Source of the DNA: Hyphomicrobiaceae bacterium | GTDB lineage: Bacteria > Pseudomonadota > Alphaproteobacteria > Rhizobiales > Hyphomicrobiaceae | NCBI GenBank assembly: GCA_035762425.1 | Contig: DASTOW010000393.1 | Coordinates: forward strand, 1-58,141 | DNA: 58,141 nucleotides | Reading direction: 5' to 3' | Shown here: positions 1 to 8,500 of the stretch, piece after piece | Numbering within the stretch: position 1 is the stretch's first letter | Layout of the letters: every line of letters starts with the position of its first letter | Made by a program: the position numbers and the translations under genes | The notes under the pieces: model-generated | Database searches by the model: none | The model's input: the letters and a program-made list of their open reading frames with translations, nothing else | What the model was told of the DNA's origin: nothing

Positions 1-3000
1 CGCTCGCCGGCGACCTCGGCGAGCTGCATGTTGCGCTTGCCGGCCCAGCCCCGATACATGTCCTGCAACTGCGTGCACCAGTCGCGCGTGAGGCGGTTGT
101 CGCCCGGCTTGTCGAAAGCCGGCTCGACGCAAAGTGCCACCTCGATCGGCGCGTCCTCGCGCACATCGCGCATGCCCTCCTTGATCAGGTGCAGCTGCTG
201 CGCCAGGCGTGACACCAGCTCGCGGGAGGACTTGCCCGTGTGCCTGCTGCTGTTGGCGAGGCGCTCGCGCAGCGAGCCTGCGGTGCTGGTCGCGGCCTTG
301 ACGCGGTCCATCAGGGCGAGGCGCGCCAGCGTGCGATGCCGGTCGGGCCGGCTCCAAAAGTCGGCCGCGCGCATCGGTTCGGCAATGGCGATCTTCAAGT
401 CCTCCCATTCGGGCGCGGCGAGCAGCTCCTCTAGAGCCGAATATTCGCCGTCGAGCGCCCTGGCTTCGAGCGCAGTCCCGCCGGGCGCCAGCATCATGGC
501 CGACAATGTGGGCGGCTCGCCTGATTGCGTCCCCGCGGCCGAACCGACCGACGGCGCATCGGTGTCGGGGTCGACGAACTCGGCCTGGATGGCACGGCCG
601 TCGCTACGCACGAACACGAACTGGTCGCCCTCGGGGAAGCGCTTCTCGACGATGGTGGCGGCAAGCGGGGCGATGACATACTGGTCGATGGCCCGTTTCA
701 GCGGTCGCGCGCCCATCTCGGGCGAGAAGCCCTTCTCGAGCAGAAAGTCCTGGGCAGACGCCTCCCACTCCACGGCCCACACGCGGTCCTTCAGACCGCG
801 CCGCTGCAAGACAAGATCGAGCTCCTTCTTGAGGATGCCGCGCATCAGGTCACGGGTGAGTGGGTGGAACACGATCACCTTGTCGAGGCGGTTTTGGAAC
901 TCGGGCCGGAAGGTCTGGCTGACCGCGCGCAGGATCTGCTCGCTGGAGAAAGTGTCGGCCGCAGCCGTGCCGAAGCCGAGGCCCGAGGTGCGATGCGCGG
1001 TGGCGCCGAGGTTGGTGGTGAGGATGATGATGGTGTGGCGGAAGTCGGCGACATAGCCGAGGCTGTCGGTGAGGCGACCATCGTCGAACACCTGCAGGAA
1101 CAGGTCCCACACATTCGCATGCGCCTTTTCGAACTCATCGAGCAGAATGACGGAGAACGGCTGCTTGCGCACCCGATTGATGAGCGAGTCCGTGGCGACC
1201 GGCGCTTCCGGGCTGCCGAGTATCTTGGTGGTGGATTCCGGTGTCTGGAATTCGCTCATGTCGAGGCGGATCAGACGCTCCACCGAGCCGAACAGGAATT
1301 CGCACAGCACCTTGGCAAGTTCGGTCTTACCCGTGCCGGTGGGCCCCGCGAACAGGAACACGCCGATCGGCTTGCCGGGATCGTTGAGGCCGGCCTTCAG
1401 CATGGCGATGCGCTCGACGACTGCAGTGACGGCCTCGTTCTGGCCGATCACGCGGGCCGAGAAATGCTCACGCAGGGCCGTGAGATTGACGCGCTCCTGG
1501 TGGTCGAGGATCGACACCGGCAGCCCGGTCAGCTGGGCCAACGTGGCGATCACCTGCTGCGCATCGATGCGCTCGCCGGCCTTGGCGCCGCGGGTCACGG
1601 CAAGCTTGATGAGGTCGAGAACCGCACCCGGAAAGCTCGACGTGCTCAGGTATTGCCGCGCGGCGCCGACCGCGCCTTCGACGCACCCAGGCTGGATGGG
1701 AACCTCGTATTGGCTGGCCAGCCGCTCGACGAGGGCCTCGGCAAGGATGCGCGTCTCATCCAGCGACTGCGCCTCCAGCCGCACCGCCTCCAGCGCCGAC
1801 TTGAGTGCAGGCCGTTGCCGGAGCAGTCGCGCCGTGCCGGTGGCCGAGGCTTCCGTCCACACGATCAAGCGACCTGATGCAACCGCAGGCAGGATCTGGT
1901 CGAGGATGCTCGCGGCCTGACCTTGATGCGTGCCGGACAGGGCAATCTGCAAAAGGTCGGGGATGTACCAGATCAGCTTCTTGGCAGCGGCAAGCTCGTC
2001 GATGCTACGCTGAATGCGCCCCTCAAGCTGGCCAAACCATTGCTGGCCCGCCATCAGGTCGGCATTGCCAGCCTCAAACACCTCCCAGCCGTCGTTAGCC
2101 AGGTGCCGGGCCAGCAGGCGCAGGAACGAGGTCTTGCCGACGCCGGAGTCGCCGCTCATGAGCAGCGAACGCACGGAGGGCTCGCGCGCCTCCACGAGCC
2201 CGTCGCGCCAGGCTTCGGCTTCGATGAGGATGTCGGAGCCGGATTTGACATCCCAGAAGCGGCCGAACGAGGTGAGGAATACGCGGTCGATGCTGGCGCG
2301 CTGCTGGCGACCCTGCAGGGCTTCGAGCAAGCGCTCGGCAAACGGCAAATTGAGGCGCGACAGGAAGCTGCGCACCTCGGGCAGCGTGGCATCTGGCACG
2401 TTGGCGATGGCCGGTCCGAACTCGGGTGCATCGCCCAGGCGCTCGCGCTCCAGGAAGTACTCGCGGAAAATGACGGGGATGACCGGGTTCTCGGTCCACC
2501 ACTCTCGCGCGCCGGTTGCGGGTGCGCCGGCGGGCGGGCGCGGCTCTGCAACCAGCAGCAGGTGCAGCGCGAAGTACATTGCGAACGGCGCGAGCTTGTC
2601 GAAGTGGGCCACCACATCAGGCGCTGCCTGGCCGCGGTCTGCACGCTCCTCGAGGGCAGCAAGGGCGACGCTGTTGAGCGCCCAGTTCACGCCGACGGCA
2701 TACTGCATGACCGTCTGCAGCGGGACGTCCGGGTTGCGCAGCAGCTGCACGGCCTGCTTGAACTCGGCATGCTCGCGGAATTCGGCCGGGTGCGACAGGC
2801 TGTGACTGAAGGCCTGGATGGCAGCATCGAGCCCATGCAACTGCGCCGACAGCGTCGGGGCTGTTGTGCTCTGCTGCGGCAACGCGGCGCCAGCCGGGGC
2901 CTGCCAGGCCCGGCGCGCATCGGCGACGAGCGCCCGCAGCCGGTTGCGAGCACCCTCAACGTTCCAGTCGCGCAGGGCAGGCAAGCGCTGCCAGGGAAGC

Positions 3001-3047
3001 AGCCAGCCGATGGCCAGCCCGATCAGAATGCCAACGAGGTACGCCAA
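1..3047 (-). CDS. Two-module AAA+ ATPase (ClpA/ClpB-like D2) with an N-terminal hydrophobic helix and a C-terminal RF2-like region. The C-terminus runs off the left window edge.
   Basis: Hand translation of the minus frame; it is open from 3047 to position 1 and absent from the ORF track because it has no stop in the window. Start is TTG at 3047-3045, preceded by GGTGAGG, with an in-frame stop at 3056-3054. The N-terminus AYLVGILIGLAIGWLL is hydrophobic. Module 1 has Walker A GDSGVGKT (2130-2153), but the Walker B position reads LIWYIPDLLQ, with no acidic pair. Module 2 has GPTGTGKT (1323-1346), ILLDEFEKAH (around 1128-1148), GRLTD, FRPEFQNRLD and GARPLKRAI, which are classic ClpA/B D2 motifs. 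The last ~160 aa (about 1-480) read ...ADFWSRPDRHRTLARL...VEPAFDKPGDNRLTRDWCTQLQDMYRGWAGKRNMQLAEV, resembling RF2 domains 1-2. Confidence 0.8.
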   Translation of the reverse strand, partial: MAYLVGILIGLAIGWLLPWQRLPALRDWNVEGARNRLRALVADARRAWQAPAGAALPQQSTTAPTLSAQLHGLDAAIQAFSHSLSHPAEFREHAEFKQAVQLLRNPDVPLQTVMQYAVGVNWALNSVALAALEERADRGQAAPDVVAHFDKLAPFAMYFALHLLLVAEPRPPAGAPATGAREWWTENPVIPVIFREYFLERERLGDAPEFGPAIANVPDATLPEVRSFLSRLNLPFAERLLEALQGRQQRASIDRVFLTSFGRFWDVKSGSDILIEAEAWRDGLVEAREPSVRSLLMSGDSGVGKTSFLRLLARHLANDGWEVFEAGNADLMAGQQWFGQLEGRIQRSIDELAAAKKLIWYIPDLLQIALSGTHQGQAASILDQILPAVASGRLIVWTEASATGTARLLRQRPALKSALEAVRLEAQSLDETRILAEALVERLASQYEVPIQPGCVEGAVGAARQYLSTSSFPGAVLDLIKLAVTRGAKAGERIDAQQVIATLAQLTGLPVSILDHQERVNLTALREHFSARVIGQNEAVTAVVERIAMLKAGLNDPGKPIGVFLFAGPTGTGKTELAKVLCEFLFGSVERLIRLDMSEFQTPESTTKILGSPEAPVATDSLINRVRKQPFSVILLDEFEKAHANVWDLFLQVFDDGRLTDSLGYVADFRHTIIILTTNLGATAHRTSGLGFGTAAADTFSSEQILRAVSQTFRPEFQNRLDKVIVFHPLTRDLMRGILKKELDLVLQRRGLKDRVWAVEWEASAQDFLLEKGFSPEMGARPLKRAIDQYVIAPLAATIVEKRFPEGDQFVFVRSDGRAIQAEFVDPDTDAPSVGSAAGTQSGEPPTLSAMMLAPGGTALEARALDGEYSALEELLAAPEWEDLKIAIAEPMRAADFWSRPDRHRTLARLALMDRVKAATSTAGSLRERLANSSRHTGKSSRELVSRLAQQLHLIKEGMRDVREDAPIEVALCVEPAFDKPGDNRLTRDWCTQLQDMYRGWAGKRNMQLAEVAGE

Positions 3048-3406
3048 CTGACCTCACCCCGTAACGGATCGCATGCATGGGTTGCGGCTAGACTGTTAGA
3101 ACACTGCCCGACGGTGTCAACGAGCATCCCCCGGGGGCTCCGTTAGCATGCTGCGCACGTGGATGCGGCATGCACGAGGCAACGCGCAGATGGCGGCCGT
3201 GCTCGGCCACTCGCCTCATGGTGGGCGCTTATCTGGTCGCCAGCTGGCGGGGCGCGGCGCTGGAGACTGGGGCGCCGAAAACTGGGCCGCTGGAGCGAGC
3301 AAGATCGCCGCCGACTGCGATGCCTGACAGGGCCGGTTGCAAACGCTGGTAGCCCGATTGGCTTCTGGTAAGGTCACGCCGATTGGGCATTCGAGGCAAC
3401 GTGGAC

Positions 3407-5113
3407 ATGGCAGACAAAGACAACGAACGCGGCTTCCTGCGCGGGCTGCAGACATACGGGGATCGGGACTTCTCGATCTACATGCGGCGCGCGTTTGCCA
3501 AGTCGATGGGCTATTCGGGCGAGGAGTTGGCGCGGCCCATCGTCGGCATCGCCTTCACGCATTCCAAATTCAACCCCTGCCACCGCCATTTCCCCGAGTT
3601 GCTGGAGGCGGTCAAGCGCGGGGTCACGGCGGCCGGCGGACTGGCGCTCGAGTTCCCGACCATCTCCCTGCACGAATCCACGCTCGCCCCCAACTCCATG
3701 AAGTTCCGCAACCTCATGGCCATGGACACCGAGGAGATGATCCGCGCCCAGCCCATGGATGCGGTGGTGCTGATGGGCGGCTGCGATAAGACCGTGCCGG
3801 CGCAGCTGATGGGCGCCGCTAGTGCCGGCAAACCAGCCATACAACTCATCGGCGGGCCGCAGATGACGTCGCGCTACAAGGACGATCGCGTGGGCGCCTG
3901 CACCGACTGCCGGAAATTCTGGACCAAGTTCCGCGCCGGGGAGATCGGCAAGGCCGAGATCGAAGCCGTAGAAGGGCGGTTGGTGACGACCTCCGGAACC
4001 TGTGCAGTAATGGGCACGGCCTCGACCATGGCGGCGATCGCCGAGGCACTCGGCATGACCCTGCCGGGCACGGCGGCAATCCCGGCCGTGCACGCCGACC
4101 GACTGCGCGCGGCGGAAGCAACGGGCGTGCGCGCCGTGCTTCTCGCCCGCTCCGACCTGACGCCGGACAAAATCATCACCCAGGCCGCGGTGGACAACGC
4201 CGTGCGCGTGCTGCTGGCACTGGGCGGCTCGACCAACGGCGTGATCCACCTGGCGGCCATCGCGGGGCGGCTTGGGTTGAAACTCGACCTGCAACGGCTC
4301 AACGAATTGTCCGATACGACGCCGGTGCTGGCGGCGGTGAAGCCGGTCGGCAACGAGTTCTACATGGAGGATTTCTTCGCCGCGGGCGGCATCGGTGCCG
4401 TGCTGCGTGAACTGAGGCCGCTGCTCAACCTGGACTGCATGACCATCACCGGCGAGACGCTGCGTGAGCGTCTCGCCGCCGAGGAGGGGGCCTATGTCGA
4501 TCGCCGCGTCATCAAGGCGGCGAGCGCGCCGCTCGAACCACAAGGCGGGCTCGTCGCACTGTTTGGCTCGCTGGCGCCCAATGGCGCAATTCTGAAGCGG
4601 TCGGCTGCGACCCCGGCGCTATTCGAGAAGACGGCACGGGCTGTGGTGTTCTCCTCCCTCGATGACCTTGGAGCACGCATCGACGATCCGCAGCTCGATG
4701 TGACGGCCGACGACATTTTGATCCTGCAGAACGCAGGCCCGCGCAGCGCCCACGGCATGCCGGAGGCAGGCTTCCTGCCGATCCCCAAGAAACTGCTTGA
4801 GCAGGGCATCAAGGACATGGTGCGCATCTCGGACGCGCGCATGTCGGGCACCGCCTACGGGACCATCGTGCTGCACGTGGCGCCGGAGGCGGCGGCGGGC
4901 GGACCGCTGGCGCTGGTGCGGACCGGCGACAAGGTGCGGCTCAGCGTGCAAGAGCGCCGCCTCGACCTGCTGGTGGACGAGGCGGAGCTGGCCAAGCGGC
5001 GAGCGACGCTGGCGTCGAATGCCGACGTGGGTCTAAGGGGCTACGACAAGCTGTTTCGCGAGACGGTGATGCAGGCCCCCGACGGCTGCGACTTCGAGTT
5101 CCTGCGGCGCTGA
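3407..5113 (+). CDS. IlvD/Edd family dehydratase (dihydroxy-acid or sugar-acid dehydratase type)
   Basis: ORF 3383..5113. Contains GGCDKTVPA and TSGTCAVMGTASTM Fe-S/active-site motifs typical of the IlvD/Edd family. ATG at 3407 (MADKD) is preferred over TTG at 3383. The substrate cannot be assigned from sequence alone. Confidence 0.85.
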   Translation: MADKDNERGFLRGLQTYGDRDFSIYMRRAFAKSMGYSGEELARPIVGIAFTHSKFNPCHRHFPELLEAVKRGVTAAGGLALEFPTISLHESTLAPNSMKFRNLMAMDTEEMIRAQPMDAVVLMGGCDKTVPAQLMGAASAGKPAIQLIGGPQMTSRYKDDRVGACTDCRKFWTKFRAGEIGKAEIEAVEGRLVTTSGTCAVMGTASTMAAIAEALGMTLPGTAAIPAVHADRLRAAEATGVRAVLLARSDLTPDKIITQAAVDNAVRVLLALGGSTNGVIHLAAIAGRLGLKLDLQRLNELSDTTPVLAAVKPVGNEFYMEDFFAAGGIGAVLRELRPLLNLDCMTITGETLRERLAAEEGAYVDRRVIKAASAPLEPQGGLVALFGSLAPNGAILKRSAATPALFEKTARAVVFSSLDDLGARIDDPQLDVTADDILILQNAGPRSAHGMPEAGFLPIPKKLLEQGIKDMVRISDARMSGTAYGTIVLHVAPEAAAGGPLALVRTGDKVRLSVQERRLDLLVDEAELAKRRATLASNADVGLRGYDKLFRETVMQAPDGCDFEFLRR

Positions 5114-5114
5114 C

Positions 5115-5816
5115 ATGGCGGCATCGATCCGCATCTTTTCGACCCTGGCGGTGCAGGGGGCGATGCCAGCGCTGGCCGCGGACTACCACAAGCACACGCA
5201 AACGGTGCTCAAGATCGTGTTCGCGCCGACCAACGGCCTGCTGGCCCGCATCGAGGCAGGCGAGAGGGCGGACGTCGCGATCATGACGCGCGAAGGTGCT
5301 CTTCAGCTGGCCGAGCGCGGCGTGCTGCTGGCCGACAGCGTGGTCGATGTGGCACGGTCATACGTTGGCCTCGCGGTCCGGGCAGGCACCGCCAAGCCGG
5401 ACATCGCTTCGCCACAGGCGCTGAAGGCTGCACTGCTGAATGCCCAATCGATCGCTTACTCGCGCCTTGGAGCGAGCGGCATCTTTTTCGTGCGCCTGAT
5501 CGAGCAGCTTGGCATCGCACAAGAGGTCGACGCCAAGGCGACGGTCATCCCGAGTGGATTTACGGCAGAGCTCGCCGCACGCGGCGACGTGCAGCTGGCG
5601 GTGCAGCAGGTCAGCGAGCTGATGCTGGTTCCGGGCGTCGATATCGTGGGTCCGCTGCCCATCGCGCTGCAGCAGCCAGCCATGTTCTCGGCCGGCGTGT
5701 TCGCCAACTGCGCCGACGCCCAACCTGCGGCTCGCTTCGTGGAGTTCCTGGCCTCCTCCACCTGCGCCCCGGCCCTGCAGGCCGCCGGGCTGGAGCCGGT
5801 GCTCAGCTCGTCTTGA
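5115..5816 (+). CDS. ModA-like type-2 periplasmic-binding-fold protein without an obvious signal peptide
   Basis: The ATG lies 1 nt after the dehydratase stop (TGAcATG). IRIFSTLAVQGAMPAL... and the overall pattern resemble molybdate/anion-binding SBP folds. No N-terminal hydrophobic leader is present. Confidence 0.6.
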   Translation: MAASIRIFSTLAVQGAMPALAADYHKHTQTVLKIVFAPTNGLLARIEAGERADVAIMTREGALQLAERGVLLADSVVDVARSYVGLAVRAGTAKPDIASPQALKAALLNAQSIAYSRLGASGIFFVRLIEQLGIAQEVDAKATVIPSGFTAELAARGDVQLAVQQVSELMLVPGVDIVGPLPIALQQPAMFSAGVFANCADAQPAARFVEFLASSTCAPALQAAGLEPVLSSS

Positions 5817-6339
5817 AGCCCATCAGCAGGTAGTTCAGCGCCAGCAGCACCGGCACGAGCACGGCCAACCGCAGCATGCGCCGGTGGAACTCGCCGTGGC
5901 CGATGTAGTCACCGGCCGCGCAACCGGCCGTCACGGTGCAGGCGAACATGAACTTGCCCCACTCGCGGCTGCCCCAGACGATGAGTGGATCGGTGTGCGC
6001 CGCGCCGTGACCGAACAGGAAGACTATGCTGATGGCTGCAAACACCATGAGGCTCGGCCACGTCATGCCGTCGAGCCAGCGGGTCAGCACCAGCGGCGGC
6101 AGCGGGGCGCCGCTCAAACGCGCCCTGATGCGCGCGCCAAACCCGATCATGGCCATGAACATGGCGGCCGTCAGCGCGGCGACCAGATTGCGATGCAGCG
6201 GCAGGCCCATCAGGTCAAGCGGCGGGCGCCAGATTGCCTGCGTTAGCCTGTTCCAGAACGTCAGCAGGACCGCCAACGGTGACGCCAATGGCACGAGCAA
6301 GGCGAGCTGGGCGAGCAGGGTAAGCGCGGTGCCGAGCAT
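5803..6339 (-). CDS. Hypothetical integral membrane protein (4-5 predicted hydrophobic helices)
   Basis: ORF 5803..6408. It has several long hydrophobic stretches (LTLLAQLALLVPLASPLAVLL, LVAALTAAMFMAMIGF, LMVFAAISIVFLF, LAVLVPVLLALNYLL). The start is uncertain: ATG at 6339, ATG at 6399 or TTG at 6408. No family was recognised. Confidence 0.5.
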   Translation of the reverse strand: MLGTALTLLAQLALLVPLASPLAVLLTFWNRLTQAIWRPPLDLMGLPLHRNLVAALTAAMFMAMIGFGARIRARLSGAPLPPLVLTRWLDGMTWPSLMVFAAISIVFLFGHGAAHTDPLIVWGSREWGKFMFACTVTAGCAAGDYIGHGEFHRRMLRLAVLVPVLLALNYLLMGFKTS

Positions 6340-6477
6340 GGGGCCGTCGCCAGGCTCTCTCGCCGCAGCCAGTCCAGCATGACCTCCCCCGCTTCGCATT
6401 CGCTGCAATCAGGTGCTATGTGTCCTAACATGCACGCGCAAAGTGCGCCTGTTTCGCCGGTAACCGGGACGCAAACC

Positions 6478-7434
6478 ATGCCCAATGTCGAGATGCCAGC
6501 TGTCGAGATCCTCGAAGTTGCGCCGCGCGATGGCTTCCAGTCGGTGCAGCCGTTCATTGCAACAGACACCAAGATCGCCCTGATCGAAGGGTTGGCCGAA
6601 TGCGGCTTCAAGCGACTGGAGATCGGCTCATTCGTGAGCCCGAAGGCCATCGCCCAGATGGCCGATACGCCGGAGATCATCAAGCGCGCACGGCTGCCGA
6701 AATCGTTGCGCGTGATGGCGCTGGTGCCGAACGCCAAAGGCCTGGAGCGGGCGCTGGCAGCAGGCGTGCGCGAGGTGGCGTGGGTGACGTCGGTGTCCGA
6801 GAGCCACAACATGGCCAACGTGCGGCGCACGGTCGATGCAAGCTTCCGCGATTTCGCGGCGGTCTGGCAGGGGCTCGGCAAGGACAAGCCGCGCCTGCGC
6901 TTCGGGCTGTCGACCTGCTTTGATTGTCCATTCGAGGGGCGCATCGCCGAGGACGCGGTGCTGCGTGCGGTTGCCCGCGTAGTCGAGGCAGCGCCCGATG
7001 TGGAGATCGGTATCTGCGATACGACCGGGCGGGCGGCCACCGATCATGTCGGCTTGCTGCTGGCGCAGGTGATGCCGCGCTTTGCCAGCGAGCAGGTGAG
7101 GTTCGCCTATCACGGGCACGACACCTACGGCTTGGGCGTGGCCAACGCCATCGAGGCGTATCGGCAGGGCGTGCGCGTGTTCGACGGCGCGGCCGGCGGG
7201 CTCGGCGGCTGTCCGTTTGCTCCTGGCGCCGCCGGCAACACGGCGAGCGAGGACCTGGTGTTCGCCTTCGAGCACATGGGGGTCAAGACCGGCGTCGACA
7301 TCGCCAAGCTGCTGGCGATGGCCGACCAGGTTGCGGCGGTGGCGCCAGAGCAGGCCGGCGGCAAGGTACGCATCGTGCCGCGTCGGCGGGCGTTGGCTGG
7401 ATACGGGGCGGAGACGCGGGGGATACCGGCTTAG
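6478..7434 (+). CDS. HMG-CoA lyase-like (DRE-TIM metallolyase family) protein
   Basis: VEILEVAPRDGFQS near the N-terminus, plus HGHDTYGLGVANA and CPFAPGAAGN, are typical of the HMGL-like family. The start is uncertain (6379, 6478 or 6493). Confidence 0.8.
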   Translation: MPNVEMPAVEILEVAPRDGFQSVQPFIATDTKIALIEGLAECGFKRLEIGSFVSPKAIAQMADTPEIIKRARLPKSLRVMALVPNAKGLERALAAGVREVAWVTSVSESHNMANVRRTVDASFRDFAAVWQGLGKDKPRLRFGLSTCFDCPFEGRIAEDAVLRAVARVVEAAPDVEIGICDTTGRAATDHVGLLLAQVMPRFASEQVRFAYHGHDTYGLGVANAIEAYRQGVRVFDGAAGGLGGCPFAPGAAGNTASEDLVFAFEHMGVKTGVDIAKLLAMADQVAAVAPEQAGGKVRIVPRRRALAGYGAETRGIPA

Positions 7435-7537
7435 GGTCATCGCGAAACTCGCGTCGGCGAATACGCCCGAACACTAGAAAGCGCACAAAGCCCTGGGCAG
7501 GCCCGGGTCTGAGCTGCGGCTCGGCCCGCAATGACAC

Positions 7538-8416
7538 CTAGCCTTTGCGCTCCTCAGCCTTGGCCTGGTCCCAGAGGCGATCCATCTCGGCAAGGGTGGA
7601 TTGGGAGGCAGTGCGGCCGTCGGCGGCAAGCAGCGCCTCGATGCGCTGAAAGCGACGCACGAACTTGCCATTGGCGGCGCGCAGCGCGGCCTCCGGGTCG
7701 ATCTTGAGGTGACGGGCGACGTTGGCCATCACGAACAGCAAGTCGCCGAATTCCTCCGTGACCTCTTCGCTCGCCGAGCCGTCGGTGTTGCGGCCGTCGG
7801 CGATCGCTTCCTCCAATTCGCCGATCTCCTCCTTGGCCTTGGCGAACACGGGGGCAAGCGACGGCCAGTCGAAGCCGACCTTGGCCGCTTTGTGTTGCAA
7901 CTTGACGGCTCGCGTGAGGGCGGGAAAGCCGAGTGGCACCTCATCCAAAATGGAACCTCCCCCCGCCGCTGCCCCCTCCCCGGCAAGGGCAGGGGAACCC
8001 CGCCTCTCCTCGGCCTTGATACGCTCCCAGAACCCTGGCGCTGCGCCGGCGGCGCGCTCGGCGTCCGTGCCAAACACGTGCGGATGGCGGCGGATCATCT
8101 TGGTGGTGATCGCTTCAACGACATCGGCGAAGGCGAAGGCCTGCCGCTCCTGCGCCATGCGCGCGTGATAGACGACCTGCAGCAAAAGGTCGCCCAGCTC
8201 CTCTTTCAAAGCCGGCAAGTCGTTCTTGTCGATGGCGTCGGCGACCTCGTAGGCCTCTTCAATGGTATAGGGCGCAATGGTCGCAAAGGTCTGCTCGAGG
8301 TCCCAGGGACACCCGGTTTTGGGTGTGCGCAAGGCCGCCATCACGTCCAGTAGGGCGGTGATGAGTTCCTGGTCGCGCGCAAGGTTGTCAGACGGTTGCT
8401 TAGTCACGCCGCTCAA
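7538..8416 (-). CDS. mazG: Nucleoside triphosphate pyrophosphohydrolase MazG
   Basis: GCPWDLEQTF, EEAYEVADAI and a second EEFGDLLF repeat indicate the tandem MazG domain architecture. The start is TTG at 8416 or GTG at 8407. Confidence 0.9.
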   Translation of the reverse strand: MSGVTKQPSDNLARDQELITALLDVMAALRTPKTGCPWDLEQTFATIAPYTIEEAYEVADAIDKNDLPALKEELGDLLLQVVYHARMAQERQAFAFADVVEAITTKMIRRHPHVFGTDAERAAGAAPGFWERIKAEERRGSPALAGEGAAAGGGSILDEVPLGFPALTRAVKLQHKAAKVGFDWPSLAPVFAKAKEEIGELEEAIADGRNTDGSASEEVTEEFGDLLFVMANVARHLKIDPEAALRAANGKFVRRFQRIEALLAADGRTASQSTLAEMDRLWDQAKAEERKG

Positions 8417-8500
8417 GCTTTCATTGCTAAGGCCAAATGTTGTGTGCTTCTAGCATAAGATGGCGTCCGCCAAGGCCTGCGCGCCGGCCGGAGGAATTTG

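Noticed and set aside
525-3146. Long plus-strand ORFs 28..1056, 525..1877, 1069..1920, 1923..3146 and 2014..2805.
   Set aside because: Their translations are Arg/Ala/Gly/Pro-rich with no motifs. They lie antisense to a minus-strand frame that carries unambiguous Clp-type AAA+ motifs. They are typical shadow ORFs of GC-rich DNA.
3374-4543. 389-aa minus-strand ORF opposite the IlvD/Edd dehydratase.
   Set aside because: It is a shadow ORF. The plus strand carries the IlvD/Edd signature motifs, while the minus translation is low-complexity.
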